64,000 bases of DNA from contig NW_026515671.1 in NCBI RefSeq assembly GCF_025526975.1, positions 1,116,001 to 1,180,000 of the forward strand. Reading direction: 5' to 3'. This stretch comes from Fimicolochytrium jonesii. Lineage: Eukaryota. The position numbers were made by a program, and so were the translations under genes. A model generated the notes under the pieces. That model searched no databases, was not told the DNA's origin, and was given only the letters and a program-made list of their open reading frames with translations. Positions 40,967 through 54,377 of the stretch are shown piece after piece (positions within the stretch are counted from its first letter, which is position 1; each line of letters opens with the position of its first letter).

Positions 40967-43211
40967 CTTCGCTTAAGCGGATAGCAGTTCTGAAAGACAG
41001 GTCCGGGGCTAAGGCAGGCAGGTAATCGTATGACCTCAAGATAGTTTCAGCGGTACGCCGTCAAACGCTTGGGCAACTTGGCAATTGCGTATGGCTAAAG
41101 CCCCGGCGGCTCAAGTATAATAGCGCCTAAACTTGAAGTGATCGTCGTTGACAGGATGTCACTGTCGAATAGCTGAGAGATGTCAAGACGGCGACACCTG
41201 GCGGAGTTGCGCTAGAGGAGGCGTGAGTTTCAAGTTGGCCTTGACGATAGTGGGCAGAAGCCGGGTCGTGAATCGGGCGCACTTTGGACTTGGCGGTTGA
41301 GGTTTGGTGATGGTGGGAGTTCTCTTTTTCCCCGGAGAGATGGAGCAGTCGGGCCTGTGATGAAATACGCAGCCTGCCCATGCCATGCCCATGCCGCCGT
41401 CTTTCACAGAAGCGCAGTCCCGCGAGCCGTCCGCTTGGTGCTGTCATTTGTTATTCTTGGAAGGCAAGGCACCCCTGGCGCACTTGGCCTTTTTGCCTTT
41501 CAACCGCTCGGGTGCGCGTACGTCCTTCACCATACAACAAGCACCACTGTCACACCCACGCACCGCCACGTCTTGCGAAGTCAGGCAAGTGCGTCGCCCT
41601 TGATGTCTTTGCGCACTCCTGACGTGATAAGAACCGAAACAAGATCAAGCGCACCACGTGCACAGGCCCGTAACCCCAGTTCCCATCACGTTCTGAGCTG
41701 TGAATCGGTCAGCGGGCATGTCAAAAAGTACAGATGGGTCTCGATAAACGTTCCCACATATCCTTCTCTTCAATTGGGAAACCATATCTTCGATTGACTG
41801 GTTCTCTGGGATATGACTTCCTGCAGTTGGTGTATGCCCATATATGCAAACCCCGAGACGTCGGTGAATGACTACGTTGGGAAGGACTTTCGACCCACGT
41901 GTGCCGCCTTGATTTGGGTTAAGGACAGTCTCATCGCAATTTCAAGGGGCATCTCATCCCCACGTGCTGTATATGTACATACATACGCTCAAGGTGACGA
42001 AGAAGAAGTGCGTCCCGCAAGTGGAAACATTGATTCGATGGGAGGATAGAGATGAATGAACGAGCTAGGGGGCCCTCCTCACAACTTCGTTCTCTTGCCA
42101 GCATAGCGTATTGATATGCTTGAGCCACGTTGCCTTCCATGCAGTCATCCACTTCCACCCCATGCTTCCATGCTTCATGCTTCGAGTCCCCAATCGTGAA
42201 TTCCGCCTAGGGTTATTCAATAATGCGCCGCGCAGTCGCATCATACACTTTCTTTGTAGGGTTTGAATCACTCTGTTCACGCTGACGGGCCACCACATCC
42301 CGCTGACAGTTTTGATAGTCGTTAGCGGCGTGGGAGCAGAATGCACAGCTGAATGTCCCTCTTTTGAGTTGAGTCGCCGACGAAGCCGGTTGGCCGATTG
42401 ATACGACACAGACGCTCCAGGAGTCCAGGGTACCCCAGACCCTAGCGAACGACGCCGAGCAAAACCTTAAAAGCTTCCGATCGCTTTGCCATGTTGTGTA
42501 TACATCGGCCCCTTGAACCTGCGCCCCGAACTGGACGGGACAATTGCACCGTAAAACCGCATATTGTAGAATGCACGATATATCGGACCTAAGGAAGAAA
42601 AACTACAAAGCGCTCCGTGTGGTGGAGATACTACTGCATCCCTCAATACCACCAATCTTACCTTCCGCTCTTGTTTGGTGACGGTGAGGACTGGCTCATA
42701 CGTATGAACCTCCTTTGTCGACCTTTCCATTCTGTTGGCCGTCTCTCCTACCCTCGCTCAGACCGTCGCCCATGCCCAGAGTCGCACTTGGCTATCTGTC
42801 GTCCGAAAGTCGAAAGCAGAGTGGAAAGTTCGCGAGGTTCCTGATTTCTGACCTCGGGAGGAGGCGGCGGAATGTGGCGGCGGCCCATTTGCAAAACGCG
42901 CGCGCATTGAGAAGAGCGTTCAGCCTCACCTGGGAAACAGCCTGGGAAAGGGCCAAGTCGAACCTGGATGGCGTGAGAACAAGGCAGTAATGTGCAGTAC
43001 ACACAAAGCGACGGAGGACAACGGTATCCCTGTATATAGGTAAATAGATCGCTATTCCCTGGAGGTGGGATCCTCTCCTTGTATATACGTGTGATATTCG
43101 ACTTTCAGGAGGTACCGCCATTGCCGACCAAGCCGTTGCCTATAGCTTGCCATATAGAAGGGGTCTGGAAAGCCTACGATCTGAGTATCAGTTTCCCAGT
43201 GCGATTGCGCG

Positions 43212-44935
43212 ATGCTCTTCACCCTACCTCATTCGATAGCGGTGCTACTGCTCCTAGTAGCATCTCCGCAAACCCTCGCGCAGCAGCACCCTGAAGAATT
43301 CCGGATTGATCTGGACGCCTTCTCGCCGGTGGAATTACAGAAGCATCATCCCGAAAACTCAGCATGGCTGGGAGGACAGCCTTCGTTTCCTTCGGCAGGC
43401 GGTGAATGGGGATCAACCCCTGAGCGGCCCGGTTCGGCCAATGTGAAGGCTGCGACGGACAGCGGTAAAACCGATGAAGTCCTGTCGAAAATCAAAGCAG
43501 GCACGGACAGCGTAAGCGACGATCGATATATCGTTGCCATGCTGCAAAACATCACAAAAGAGGACATCGATCGACATGTGCAGTGGGTTAGCAACACGCT
43601 CCTCAATGGTGGAATCATTCCACCTGCGCTCGCCAAGAAGTTCTCAGGGATCGCGACAATGTTCAACTCCGATGTGTTCAAAGGCTACACTGCGCATCTC
43701 CCACCGGGTATCATTCATTTGATTGACCAAAGCGAGCTGGTCCGATTTGTGGAAAAAGATCAGAAAATAAACCACGCACAGGCGCCCAAATCGAACGGCA
43801 GCGAGGATGGATCGAAATTCGTCTCGTCCTCGGGATTTTTCATGAACGTCGATGATTCCTCAGCTGCGGTGCAACAGTACCCTCCATGGGGTCTCGACCG
43901 TATCACGCACCGTCAGGCGGGCTTGAAAGGCGTGTACGTGTTTCCTCCAGACGGCGGGCAAGGCGTGGACATCTACATCCTGGATACGGGCATCAACCAC
44001 AAGCACCCAGACTTCAAAGGCCGAGCGCGGCAAGGCCCGACGTTCTCCTCGAACGGGTTGGAGGATGGCAACGGTCATGGAACGCACGTGGCTGGGATCG
44101 CTGCATCTTCGACATGGGGCGTGGCCAAAGCTGCAAACATCATTGGTGTGAAAGTGCTGGACAACGACGGGACGGGATTCGTGTCGCAGGTCGTGCAGGG
44201 CCTCGAATGGTCGCTTTTGGCGGTGGGGAATGGCACGCGGCGGGGCGTGATTAATATGAGTCTGGCTGGGGGAGGCAAGTCGCAGGCGCTGGACGAGTTG
44301 GTGAGGAAGGGGCGGGAGATGGGTGTTCCGCTTAGTGCGGCGGCGGGGAATGACAATATCAATGGTGAGGATATGGACCTGACTTTCAAGTGCACAACAT
44401 GAGCGGGCCACTTTACTGACTCATTTCTCTTTCTTCCACAGCGTGCGATTCATCACCATCCTCATCCGGAGCTGTCATGACTGTGGGTGCAAGTGATCAA
44501 CAGGATAAGCGCGCCGTGTTCTCCAACTTCGGGCCCTGCGTCAGTGAGTACCTCAAATGGCCTTCTGAAGAGTCAAACCTTGGCACTAATCCTTCACTCC
44601 TCGCAGACATCTTTGCTCCAGGTACAAACATCACGTCAACATATATCCCTGGTTCGGCAACCGCCACCCTGCAAGGCTCTTCAATGGCCGCACCCCACGT
44701 AGCCGGGATTATGGCCATCTTTCTTTCTCTTTACCCGGAAGCCACGGCGGACGACGTGTACACCACAGTGTCGAAGATGGCGACTGCTGGCGCTGTGGCT
44801 GATAGCAAGGACTCGACTCCAGCTTTATTGTTCAGTGGCATGAATGCCACGAGGTTCGCTGACCTGTATTATCAGCCTGGCGGGAGCGGATGGATGAACA
44901 TGGTGTGGCAGACTTTGCAGGATTCGTGGATTTGA
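43212..44935 (+). CDS. Secreted or vacuolar subtilisin-like serine protease (S8A, proteinase K type) with I9 propeptide
   Basis: Signal peptide, prodomain (YIV...FKGY...VEKD), PWGLDRI, and the triad ILDTG / HGTHVAG / GSSMAAPHVAG, plus AAGN. Two introns. Confidence 0.93.
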
Positions 44936-45128
44936 CATATTGGACGCACGGACTGGGTTCTAGCATTTACAGAGGGGCTGATGAAGGCCAATATACCTTA
45001 TCTGAGAGACATTCAAACTTGTATATGTATTCCAAAATTCACATACCCATCATTAGCATCCCTACTCTGACACGTGCCCTACGCACCAGTGTCACCTACA
45101 GACTTACGCCGCAACATAGACGAGATAT

Positions 45129-48100
45129 TTACATAGAGGGCGGAGTATACGCCGAATTTTCACCCCGGATGTAGGCAACAATGCCCTTCTTGTGAATGAG
45201 GCCAACAAGCTTCCCATCGCACACAACGCAAAGCGTCTTAACTCCAAGCTTCACAAAGAGTTCATACACGAGATCGAGGGATGCGGTGTGTGGGACAGAT
45301 AAGGGCGACGGGTCCATCCATCGTGTCAAGTCCTGGACGTTGTCGGATGCGTCGCGGCTTTCGCTTGGCTCGGAGATTGAGAATGAGTGAGGAGTAACTT
45401 GTGGGAATGAAGTGGATGGCATTCCGGGGGAGGGCGGCTGGAAGAGCAGAGGCAATGACATCGATGAAGCAGGCGTCGCCATCGGCATCGCTGTGGTGCC
45501 CGGAACCGAGCCAGTCAAACCGGACCTCAACGGGCTGGGACTGGATGTTCGCCCGCCACCTTGCACAGCGAGCTGCTCGGACCGTCCGCGAAACAGATCA
45601 GGAGTGTTCGACCGTGATATGCCCGCGGGTCCAAGTTCGGTAGCTGCCGGAGAAGCGACGATAGGCATGCGTTCGATACTTCTTTCCGACCCTCGTGCTG
45701 GTGAATGCCACCCGGCGCGCGGTATCCGGGATCCACCTGCGGGGCTGCGGCCTCTGACGGAGGTAAGCAAGAAGCTTTCGACGTCAATACGGCGATCACT
45801 GGATACTTCACTGACGCTGGGGACACGTCCTGGTCGATGGAAGATGATAGGGGGGCTTGGCCGTCTCGTGCCGTGTTCGGTTTCCAAGGATTCGGTGACA
45901 AGGCCCAAAGCATGCATCAATTCCGGAGCGGCGATATAGCCTACAAGAACGTCTGAATGGTCGACAATGGGAAAGCCAGTGTCCTCGTATACACCATTGG
46001 GGTGCACGGCAGGCGGCGCTCCGTGCGGTGTCGAAGAGGTCGGGAGGATAGGGCCCAGGTTGGTCATGCTGACACTCCCAACCAAGCCCAGCAGTTCTTC
46101 GATGGTATATTGCACATCTGAGCGAATCACTTTGCGGCTCTTGACCCCACGCTCCATGACATCCATGGCTGTGAGCATCCTTCCCGGATCTGAGCGAATC
46201 GGCCTCTTGGAGTCGAGGTACGGGTAACCTCCGGCGATGATAGATTTTTCGAAAAGCGCTTGGGGAGATAGAGCATCCCCTACCCACTTGGCCAACATGA
46301 TGGCGAGCATAGACGGGAGTAAGGAGGACACAGAGCCTGTGAGTTCGAGGATAATGACTGCTAAAGAGATCGTCATCCGCGTCACTCCTCCGACAGCTGC
46401 CGCCGCTCCGACAACGGCGTATAAACCAGGAACGACCGCAGTTGGCAAGGCTCCGTCGTAGTGTTCCGGGTACGTTGCAACCGTCCACTGCACAACAGTG
46501 CCCACCATCCGTCCGACCAGCGCACCGGCGCACATGGAAGGGACAAAAATGCCCGCTGGCACTTTAATGCCAAAGGCAAGGATTGTGAGAACGAACTTGA
46601 TGAGCAGAGCAAGCGCCAGCATTCCCAGGTGGGACGCAAGCGGTAATGGATGACAAATGATGTCCTTTGAGGATTCTGTACATTGGGAGAAAAGCTGACC
46701 GAGCAGATCATTGTTTCCCAGGCTACACATGCAATATGAGATAAGTGGTCAGGCTTGCGCAAGAAGTAAGACTTGCATATTTACCTGGTAAGCTCCCATG
46801 GATACGCAACTGTGGAAGTGATCAATGCGATAAGAAACACTTCGGCAAGAGGCCAGCTACCCAGGCAGGTTCGACTTCGGACTCGTGACCAGAAGCTCGT
46901 CAACTTGATGAACGCTGCTCCATACAGCCCCTGCGGATAAGGTGAGCAGATTGTGCGGGGTCCGGACTACCAAATCACGAACACTTACCCCAAGTATCCC
47001 CACAGCCGCGAAAGGAACTAGTTCCCAGAAAGACCATACACCTCGCGATTCCAGGTTTTCCCAATGAACTTGGAAACGAACGACCCGGCCGCCACCAATG
47101 GGATTGATGATACGGACAGTGACGGCGGCAACTAACGCACAGAAGAAGCTCCTCCACATAGTTTTCATAGGGAAGTAGTAAGATACTTCTTCTAGTGCGA
47201 ACAGTACTCCACCAAGAGGAGCTCCGAAGGCGACGGCAACACCTGCAGCGGATGATGCAGACAGGATCTCTCGTCGCTTGCCTTCGTTCTTGGCATACTG
47301 GAGAGGATGCCAGGTGAGTACGTTATTCAATGAAGCAACCATATTTGCGCTTTCCCACCTTATTGAACAACCGGGACAATACATTCCCGACGCAGCAGCT
47401 AATGTGTACGAGCGGTCCTTGCGAACCAACCACCAGTCCAGAAGCAGTGGATAGAATCTATACAATCTCGGGTTAGCGCGCCAATTCGAGGAAACCAATG
47501 CGCTTGCCTGTCCTTACCAGTCCAACCACTTTGACAACCAATGTCCGGGCGCCAAGAAAACCGGTAATAACGAAGCCACCCAAAATGGTTTTGACCTCCG
47601 GTATCCCACTGCCTGCCGCATGGAACTTGGGCTTCTTGCCCGCCTTTAAACCCTCTTCCCGGCTCTTGCTCCGCCGTAGTCCTCTTTGTTCGCGCGCATT
47701 CGTTACCCAGCTCGGCTCCGTCACTGTACGATTCGCTTGGGCGCTAGACGCCGTGGAAGCTCTAGACTGCTTGGTCACCACCGCTGACAATAGCGCTAGT
47801 ACTACCCCAGAGATGACGTAAATTGCGTACTGCGTGTACTGCTCCGCTCGCGATGGCATGTGTGACGCAACGGGATCGGACCAGTATGACCATTCTGGGC
47901 ATTCCTCTGAAAGACATCGAAAGATGAGCATAGAACAATGATGGGGCTTGACCAAGATCATCCAACCAACCTGAGCTGCAGCAATGTTCCCGGCGAAGCC
48001 ATATGCTTCTGCCACAAAACCCTGTCCGCCAATCCGATATATGGGTGTAGCTCACTTCGATGAGTGACGCTATACATCCGCAGGTTACTCCAATCAATGC

Positions 48101-48700
48101 CAAGAGTATCCATGCAATAGACCCGTCAAGCTTCTCGGTTAGCCACCCCCTCATTCCCGGTGTGCGACGCATAGTGCGAAGTCGCACTCGTTCCTTTATT
48201 GTATCATGAATCCAGTCGATAGTGGTGAAGTCCTGATACCACACCCTCATGCCCGTCCCCGTTGCCGCCGTCTCGTCATCTTCATCATAGGTCTCGCTTT
48301 TCCGTTTGCTGAATATCAGTGACTTACGCCACGAGCCTGCTGGTACCGGTGAGAACGTCCCATGCGAAGTTCGTGAGGACGTGCCTTTTAAAGCGAGGTC
48401 GGGAAGCGTCAATGCGCGAGGCCCTTGTGTTCTCCTCGCTCCATGAGCACTTCGAGGAAGTATGCGAGGCTGGCTCCGCTCATGACTTGATAGCAGCGGG
48501 GTGCCCTCTTGGTCCATGGAGAAGTACAGTTCTTCCACGGGGGCCGAGGTGGAATATGGCTCACTGGACGAAAAGGACGGACGGTGGTTTTTCCAAGACG
48601 TCGGATCACCTGGTAGACTAGCTGCTACCTCCCTATCGGCTTGACCCGCCCAAGAGACGTTCATAGCTCTGCGAGCCGTCGGTTGGTTCTCAGGCTCCAT
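45129..48700 (-). CDS. CLC chloride channel/transporter family (CLC-3/4/5-GEF1 type) with CBS domains; gating Glu replaced by Gln
   Basis: DFTTIDW, GSGIPE, spliced VVGL|ILSTASGLVVGSQGPLVH, GVAVAFGAPLGGVLFALEE, PAGIFVP, GGVTRMT, ELTG, and C-terminal CBS repeats. Confidence 0.93.
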
Positions 48701-49121
48701 TTCGTGGGAAACGACAACCTCTCGAGAGAAACGCTCCGTTTGGACACCCTATTTCGCGACACGAAAGGAAGCAGGCGTGCACAATGACTTTAAGGTGCCA
48801 TACCAGGGTACGGCGGCACACCGGGTTCTTGTCGATATTCGAAGTTCTGTGAACAAACGGTGTAAGGTTTGCAAGCCTAATGCGGCAGTGAAGTCTTCAT
48901 ACCGTTCGAGAAAGGTCAGCGAGCCGGACACGTTACGTGTTCGTGACCCTTCTAAGTTTCCAGCCACGGGGACTCGACATTTTGTTTAGACATACCGCAT
49001 TTTCTAATCTTCAGCCAGAGTTTAAAGCATTGACTGAACACCCTCTGATAGGCCCAGCTTCTTGCTTGCCCAGCTCTTCCATTTCTTTTCCAAAAGTCCA
49101 TTTTGAACGTCGATCTACAAT

Positions 49122-49996
49122 ATGACTACAGCTGCAAGACCCACTTGGCATCCCGCCGTTGGCGGACTGCAGCTCCGTGACACCAACGCTGCACCTGTCC
49201 ACTTGGTCAGCGCCAGGGATTTGGCCACACAAACCAAGCTGAAGCTGCGTCAACCCGGCCAAAATGCTCCCGAGGACCTGAACTCCCTTGACGAGATTCG
49301 TATGAAGGAGAGATTGGAAGAGAAGGAGCGTGAGCATTTTGAAAAGGCCAGAAGGGGAGAGAAGCGGAAAGAGAGTAGGTTGCGTTTTGGATTCCCAAGC
49401 CGCCCGTCTTCGACGTTTTCTTAGAGCATTGGAGAATCTGATAACCTCGTTTACTTTCCCTTCTTCACTCCAGTATCAGCCGGGATCGAGGAAGATGAAA
49501 GCTCAAAGCGACAGAGGACAAAAATAGAACCAAATATAGATGCAGACGACTCGGAGGACGATGACGAGGCATCGGAAAGTGATAGGTAAGAAGGTTCAAG
49601 GAACCTCCCGCGTCTCTCACACTTTCTCGGCTGCCAGCTCACGATTACTCTCTCTCTATATATAGTGACTCCAGCGACGACGATGATGATGACGATGAAG
49701 CTGAGCTTCTACGCGAGCTGGAAAAGATCCGGAGGGAGCGAGCAGAGGAGAAGGAACGTCAGGAGAGGGCAAAGATGGAAGAAGATGAAAAGCAACGAGA
49801 GGAAGAGGCATTGACGGGGAACCCTCTACTTGAAAGCCAGGCGTCGAAAGATTTCTCCGTGAAGAGGCGCTGGGACGACGACGTGGTATTCAAGAACCAG
49901 GCGCGGGGTGTGGAGGACAACCCGAAGAAGAGGTTCATTAATGATGTGCTACGGAGCGATTTTCATCGCAAGTTTATGAGCAAATACGTCAAATAG
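49122..49996 (+). CDS. CWC15: Pre-mRNA splicing factor CWC15
   Basis: [47 protein letters not shown], and [20 protein letters not shown]. Confidence 0.95.
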
Positions 49997-50615
49997 AGAG
50001 CAAGGACTACCCGACCGCACCTGTCGCTTGTCATACTGCCTAATCTACTCCTCCATACATTCCATGGGCGTATTCTTACGCTCTCTATGAAAACAGACTG
50101 CAGGTATCCAGAACATTTCGCAGGAACTTAATGGTATTACAGGAAGATATGGTGTACAAATCCTTTTGACTACAAATGTCCATTATTTCCGAAAGTTCAC
50201 AAACTCAGCGAGACATCAGAATGAAGTGAGAAGGAAGAACAGAGGAAGAAGAGAAGGATTATAGAAGTATTATACATGTAACTGTAAAAAGGGGAACATA
50301 AACCGAAAAACAAATTATGTGCAATACAACGTAGAGGAGGCAGACAGCAACGGCAAGCGAGGATGAGTATAGAATGCTCGTGAATCCATTGTCTCTCCGA
50401 CCTCCAGTCCAGAAAGTATGGTCCCGGCTGTCAAAACACGAGTGTCAAACAAGCCTTATGAGAACCATGGCGCGTGATAAATATCCAATTTGAGGAACAG
50501 AGGCAAGGAAGGAGTTTGGCTGGAATGTCGGCGAATGAACGATGGTGCTTTGGAACGGGTGGTTTGTGAAGTTCGTGATGATGTATGTAGTATGGAAGGG
50601 GCGTGCCGATTGTCG

Positions 50616-52277
50616 CTACACGAGCTGCACGTTTGCTTCGGATGCGGGAGCCGTGCAATGTTGCGGGTCGAATGCTACAGAAAGAGGATACGTCGGTACG
50701 CGAGGCCAGGTTCCAATTATGGTGGCGTGCGGGCGTTGCGGGTGATATGAGTGTTGAGGGGCTGCCGGAGCAGTTTGAAAAGGGTTCGGACAGCTCCCTC
50801 GGCGTCCCAGCGGTGGCTGCTCGCTCTCTTGGCTCCGGTCTTCCTCAGATATTTGGTGAGCAACGGAGCCCATGAATCGCGGCAGCGTCGCTGAGAAGTA
50901 TTTTCCTGCCGTTCCTGAAGTTTCCATGTCCCCGACTGAGCCTCGATGATATCTGGGGGGCTTGTGGAGAACAGATGGGTCCCGTGCCTGTGCCCGCTCT
51001 GTGAATGCGACCGGGAACGCGTGGCCACGAGCGGGCTCCCATGAAGATGGCTCCGATAATCTGTGGGCGTTTTTGCTCGTCGGGTCGTCTGGACTGTAGG
51101 TGCTGGTAGAACTGTTTCGGGTGCGAGTGCCAGTTTTGAGAAGGTCTGGTGCAATCGAATCGACGTCACTCGCTAGGGATTGTTCGATGTCGCAAGACGA
51201 GTCACTGAACCATGTAGCATCATCTTCGTCGCCATTTGACTGCGGTTTCCCTGGGTGTACTTGTGTTCCGATTGGAGGAGGGCAGAGTCGGCAATGGGAC
51301 TCGCTGAGGAGCTTCTCGAAGTCATTCTTGATGTCGGCATCCAGCTGTCTGATGCTGTCTCGAGGCAGGAACGTGTATCTATCATCATAACCGTAATGCT
51401 GGCGAGGTCCCGAGATGCCTTGATAGCTCCCTCTCAGTAATGCTTCGCGACTATAATTTCCTGTATTCGCGATGCATATCTGTTCCAAGGCTTCTGAAAG
51501 AGCATCCATTTCCTTTGCGTTCTTGGCATAGCTCACGACAAGGTTGGTCTCCTGGCGGAGCGTGATCCAGCATTTCGACGCCGCCATGCCACTCTCGTAG
51601 AAAACGTACGCGTACTTGCCGTGGAACTGCATGCTAAGAAATCTGCGAACAGGGAGATGAAGACAAGTCAGATATCAAACGCCAAGGGTGATGTAGTCAA
51701 GTAGTACTCACCCTGGGAACGCACGGAACACCTTGCACATCTCATCCTTCGAATAGTTGGTTGGCAAATGCGTCACATGAATCGCCTTGGACGGTGCAGT
51801 TTCTTCTTCAGGTTGTGGATATGGGACTCGATAGTTCTTCTGCGCTGGCTCCAACGTGATGATGCCAACAGGAACGCGTCTCATCAGCGCCTCTCGAGCA
51901 AAATCCGTGGAAGCGAAGCGGACAAAGCAGTAGTGATCGTAGAACGCAAACATTTCAAAACCAGCGTATGTGCGGAAGTGCAGATACAGTTGACCTCGAT
52001 CTGTGACGCCCGGGCTGTGGGAGCAACATGAGCGAGAGAGGCATGCACGCAGAGAGGTCAGCATCGACCAAAAAGTTGTATATGTAGCTGTAATCCGTTC
52101 TGCTTACCGGTACGCTATGTGCAAAGTGTTGATCCCTGGGGCCACAATTTGAGCCGTTCCAGCAGTCATCTTCGTCGGCCAAGATATCGCCCTCGGACGG
52201 GTGGTCGGAAATGTGGTCAAAGGCCCTATCGACAGCGAGAAAGCACTAGGCTGGGCCGCCACCCCGTACGAAGACAT
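50616..52277 (-). CDS. RNA-binding protein with two RRMs (Whi3/Scw1-like signature) and a low-complexity C-terminus
   Basis: RRM1: NTLHI...FRTYAGF..CFVRF. RRM2: AIHVTHLP..DEMCKVFRAFPG|FLSMQFHGKYAYVFY...LVVSYAKN. Two introns. Confidence 0.7.
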
Positions 52278-53506
52278 AGGTTGACGCGTAGGCCGTGCCG
52301 ATGAAGTATGTAAATGAAGGCGGCTGTGCAGAGTTCGCAATAGGAACAATGGTTTGGGGTTGGGAAGTGTGTTACGGTGTGAGGTTCAGGGGCGGGGAAG
52401 GCAGTGGTCTAGAAATGACCAGAGTGACTCGTCGAAGCAGGGAAATCGGGGATCTTTGTCGTATCTGTTGGGTACACTGAAGCAACTGATAGCCCCCAGA
52501 GGTCCAGGCCTATAGATCCAGATGCCTTGAGCGCAAGGCTGAAGTCTGGGTTCCCAAGAGCGTAGAGGCGAAACGGGGTTCCCAAGAGGGAGCGAAGCTG
52601 TATACTATTCCACGAGCAAATAGCGAAGTGGGCCCAGTGAGACCCGGCCGACCAAGGGGGTTCAACGCAGAGTAACACTCACTGCCGAACAAAAATGGAA
52701 TGTGCTCGGTGGTCAGTAAAGTGATGGAAGATGCTCCAAGATGGGAAGACCCTTGCTGGGGGTTATGTCACAATTGGTGACATACAACTCGCGCGAAGGA
52801 CCCCTTCGGACACAATCGTCAAGATCAAGCTCACCTTACGAACGGGACTTCTCCTGGTCCACAGACGTCTCTTTGGAATGGGTAAACCGTAAATGGTTCG
52901 GTAAACCCTCAATCGATGGGGTGGTGCGCACAACAGGGATGGTTTTCCGGTGTGCAGCATATACCGCGGCGGGACAGCCAGATGACATACATTCAAGTAA
53001 GTGGAAATCGGCACTTGTCGGTTGTCGTACTCCTAAACGGATTGAGACGGCGTGCGAGCGAGGGGTTTCCCACACAGCATCTATCTATTCAAGCACGCTC
53101 TGAACTAGTGATTCAACAGGGCTTTCACATTATTCAAGCGGAATCACCGAGATCCCCTTTAACCCCTGCATTCGCCAAGTGAGTTGATATCTCACACCAT
53201 AGGCTGTCATTAGCACGAGCCAAAGAAGGTTGGAGACTCCGACGTCGGACATGTTCGATTGTTCCTGCGGATTCATCTCCAAATCATGGCTTAGCGGGCG
53301 GTGAAACAAGCGCAAGTCAACCCTATCGCCGCGACGCTGATAAGCATCCGAAACTTGAAAGGCGCAATCAGCCATGTCCGGGACGATGAGTCACGATCGG
53401 GCGATTTTGTGTCGATGGCGAAGTTTGAGAGGTGTTCGCAATGGCTTCGGATGATTCGGAAGGCAGGAGGCAGGCATTCGACATATAGCGCACGGCGGCG
53501 AGACCA

Positions 53507-54377
53507 ATGGCGCCCCAGAAAGTGGTGCTCTCCTTCACCGGCGGCAAGGACTCGACTCTTGTGTTGCACATCCTGTCCAAAAGCCCCGAACTATACAACG
53601 TCGCGCTTCTCTGCACGTTCGTTCCAGCGAAAGCGAAGCCTTTCCTGAGCCACAAGTTAGAACTGATCCAGGCCATTGCCAAGGCAGTTGGAGTCCCTCA
53701 TAGGGTTTTGGTTATCGACCCCGGACAACCTGCAGAGAGCAGCGAAAACTCAGATGCAGCAAATCAGAGCTGCGCAACCGCGACGGGACGAAACGATTTC
53801 CTCTCGTGTTATGTGGCACAGATGCAATTGTTGAAATCGGAAGGCATCGAGGCGTTCGCAAACGGGGACATTGAGGACGTGTGCTCGGACTTCATGGGGA
53901 AAGCGGCGCGGGCAGCTGGGCTTCCTCTCGTTAGGCCCCTATGGGAGGTACCTCGGCCAAAACTGTTGGCACAACTATATGACGAGTTCGCCCTCAAGTT
54001 CATCGTTACCTGCGTGAACTCAACGGCCATCCCACGAGAGGTGGCAGCTCTGATGCTGGGAAGGGTGCTGACGAAGGAACTCCTTGCGCATTGCCTGTCA
54101 CAGCCTGGGTGTGAGTCGGTGGATCAATGCGGGGAAAACGGGGTAAGTCGAAAGTTGTCTATCCTGACGTCGATGGACCCAGCACATGGGCATCTTGCTG
54201 AGTCGTCGTTCTTCCGGGTGTCTCTCTTAGGAATTCCATACCATGGTGCTCGACGGGCCTTTGTATCAGCAGCGAATCAACATTCCCCGCGGGAAAATAA
54301 CTGAGAGCGAGGGTGGACTATATCTATTTTGGGATTTCAGCGACTTTTCTTTGAAGACCAAGGACGGACGTTCATAG
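53507..54377 (+). CDS. Dph6/MJ0570-related PP-loop ATP pyrophosphatase (DUF71), prokaryote-type stand-alone form
   Basis: SFTGGKDS PP-loop, NGDI, RPLWE, and DQCGENG|EFHTMVLDGPLY across intron 54143-54230. TAG at 54375-54377. Confidence 0.85.

Noticed and set aside
41000..43200. Short ORFs or a transposon remnant in the 2.2-kb lipase-subtilisin spacer
   Set aside because: No recognisable domain, terminal repeats or consistent exon chain. Most likely promoter/UTR sequence.
44668..44700. Subtilisin GSSMA instead of GTSMA as an inactivating change
   Set aside because: It is a conservative T-to-S change. The catalytic Asp, His, Ser and the oxyanion Asn are all present.
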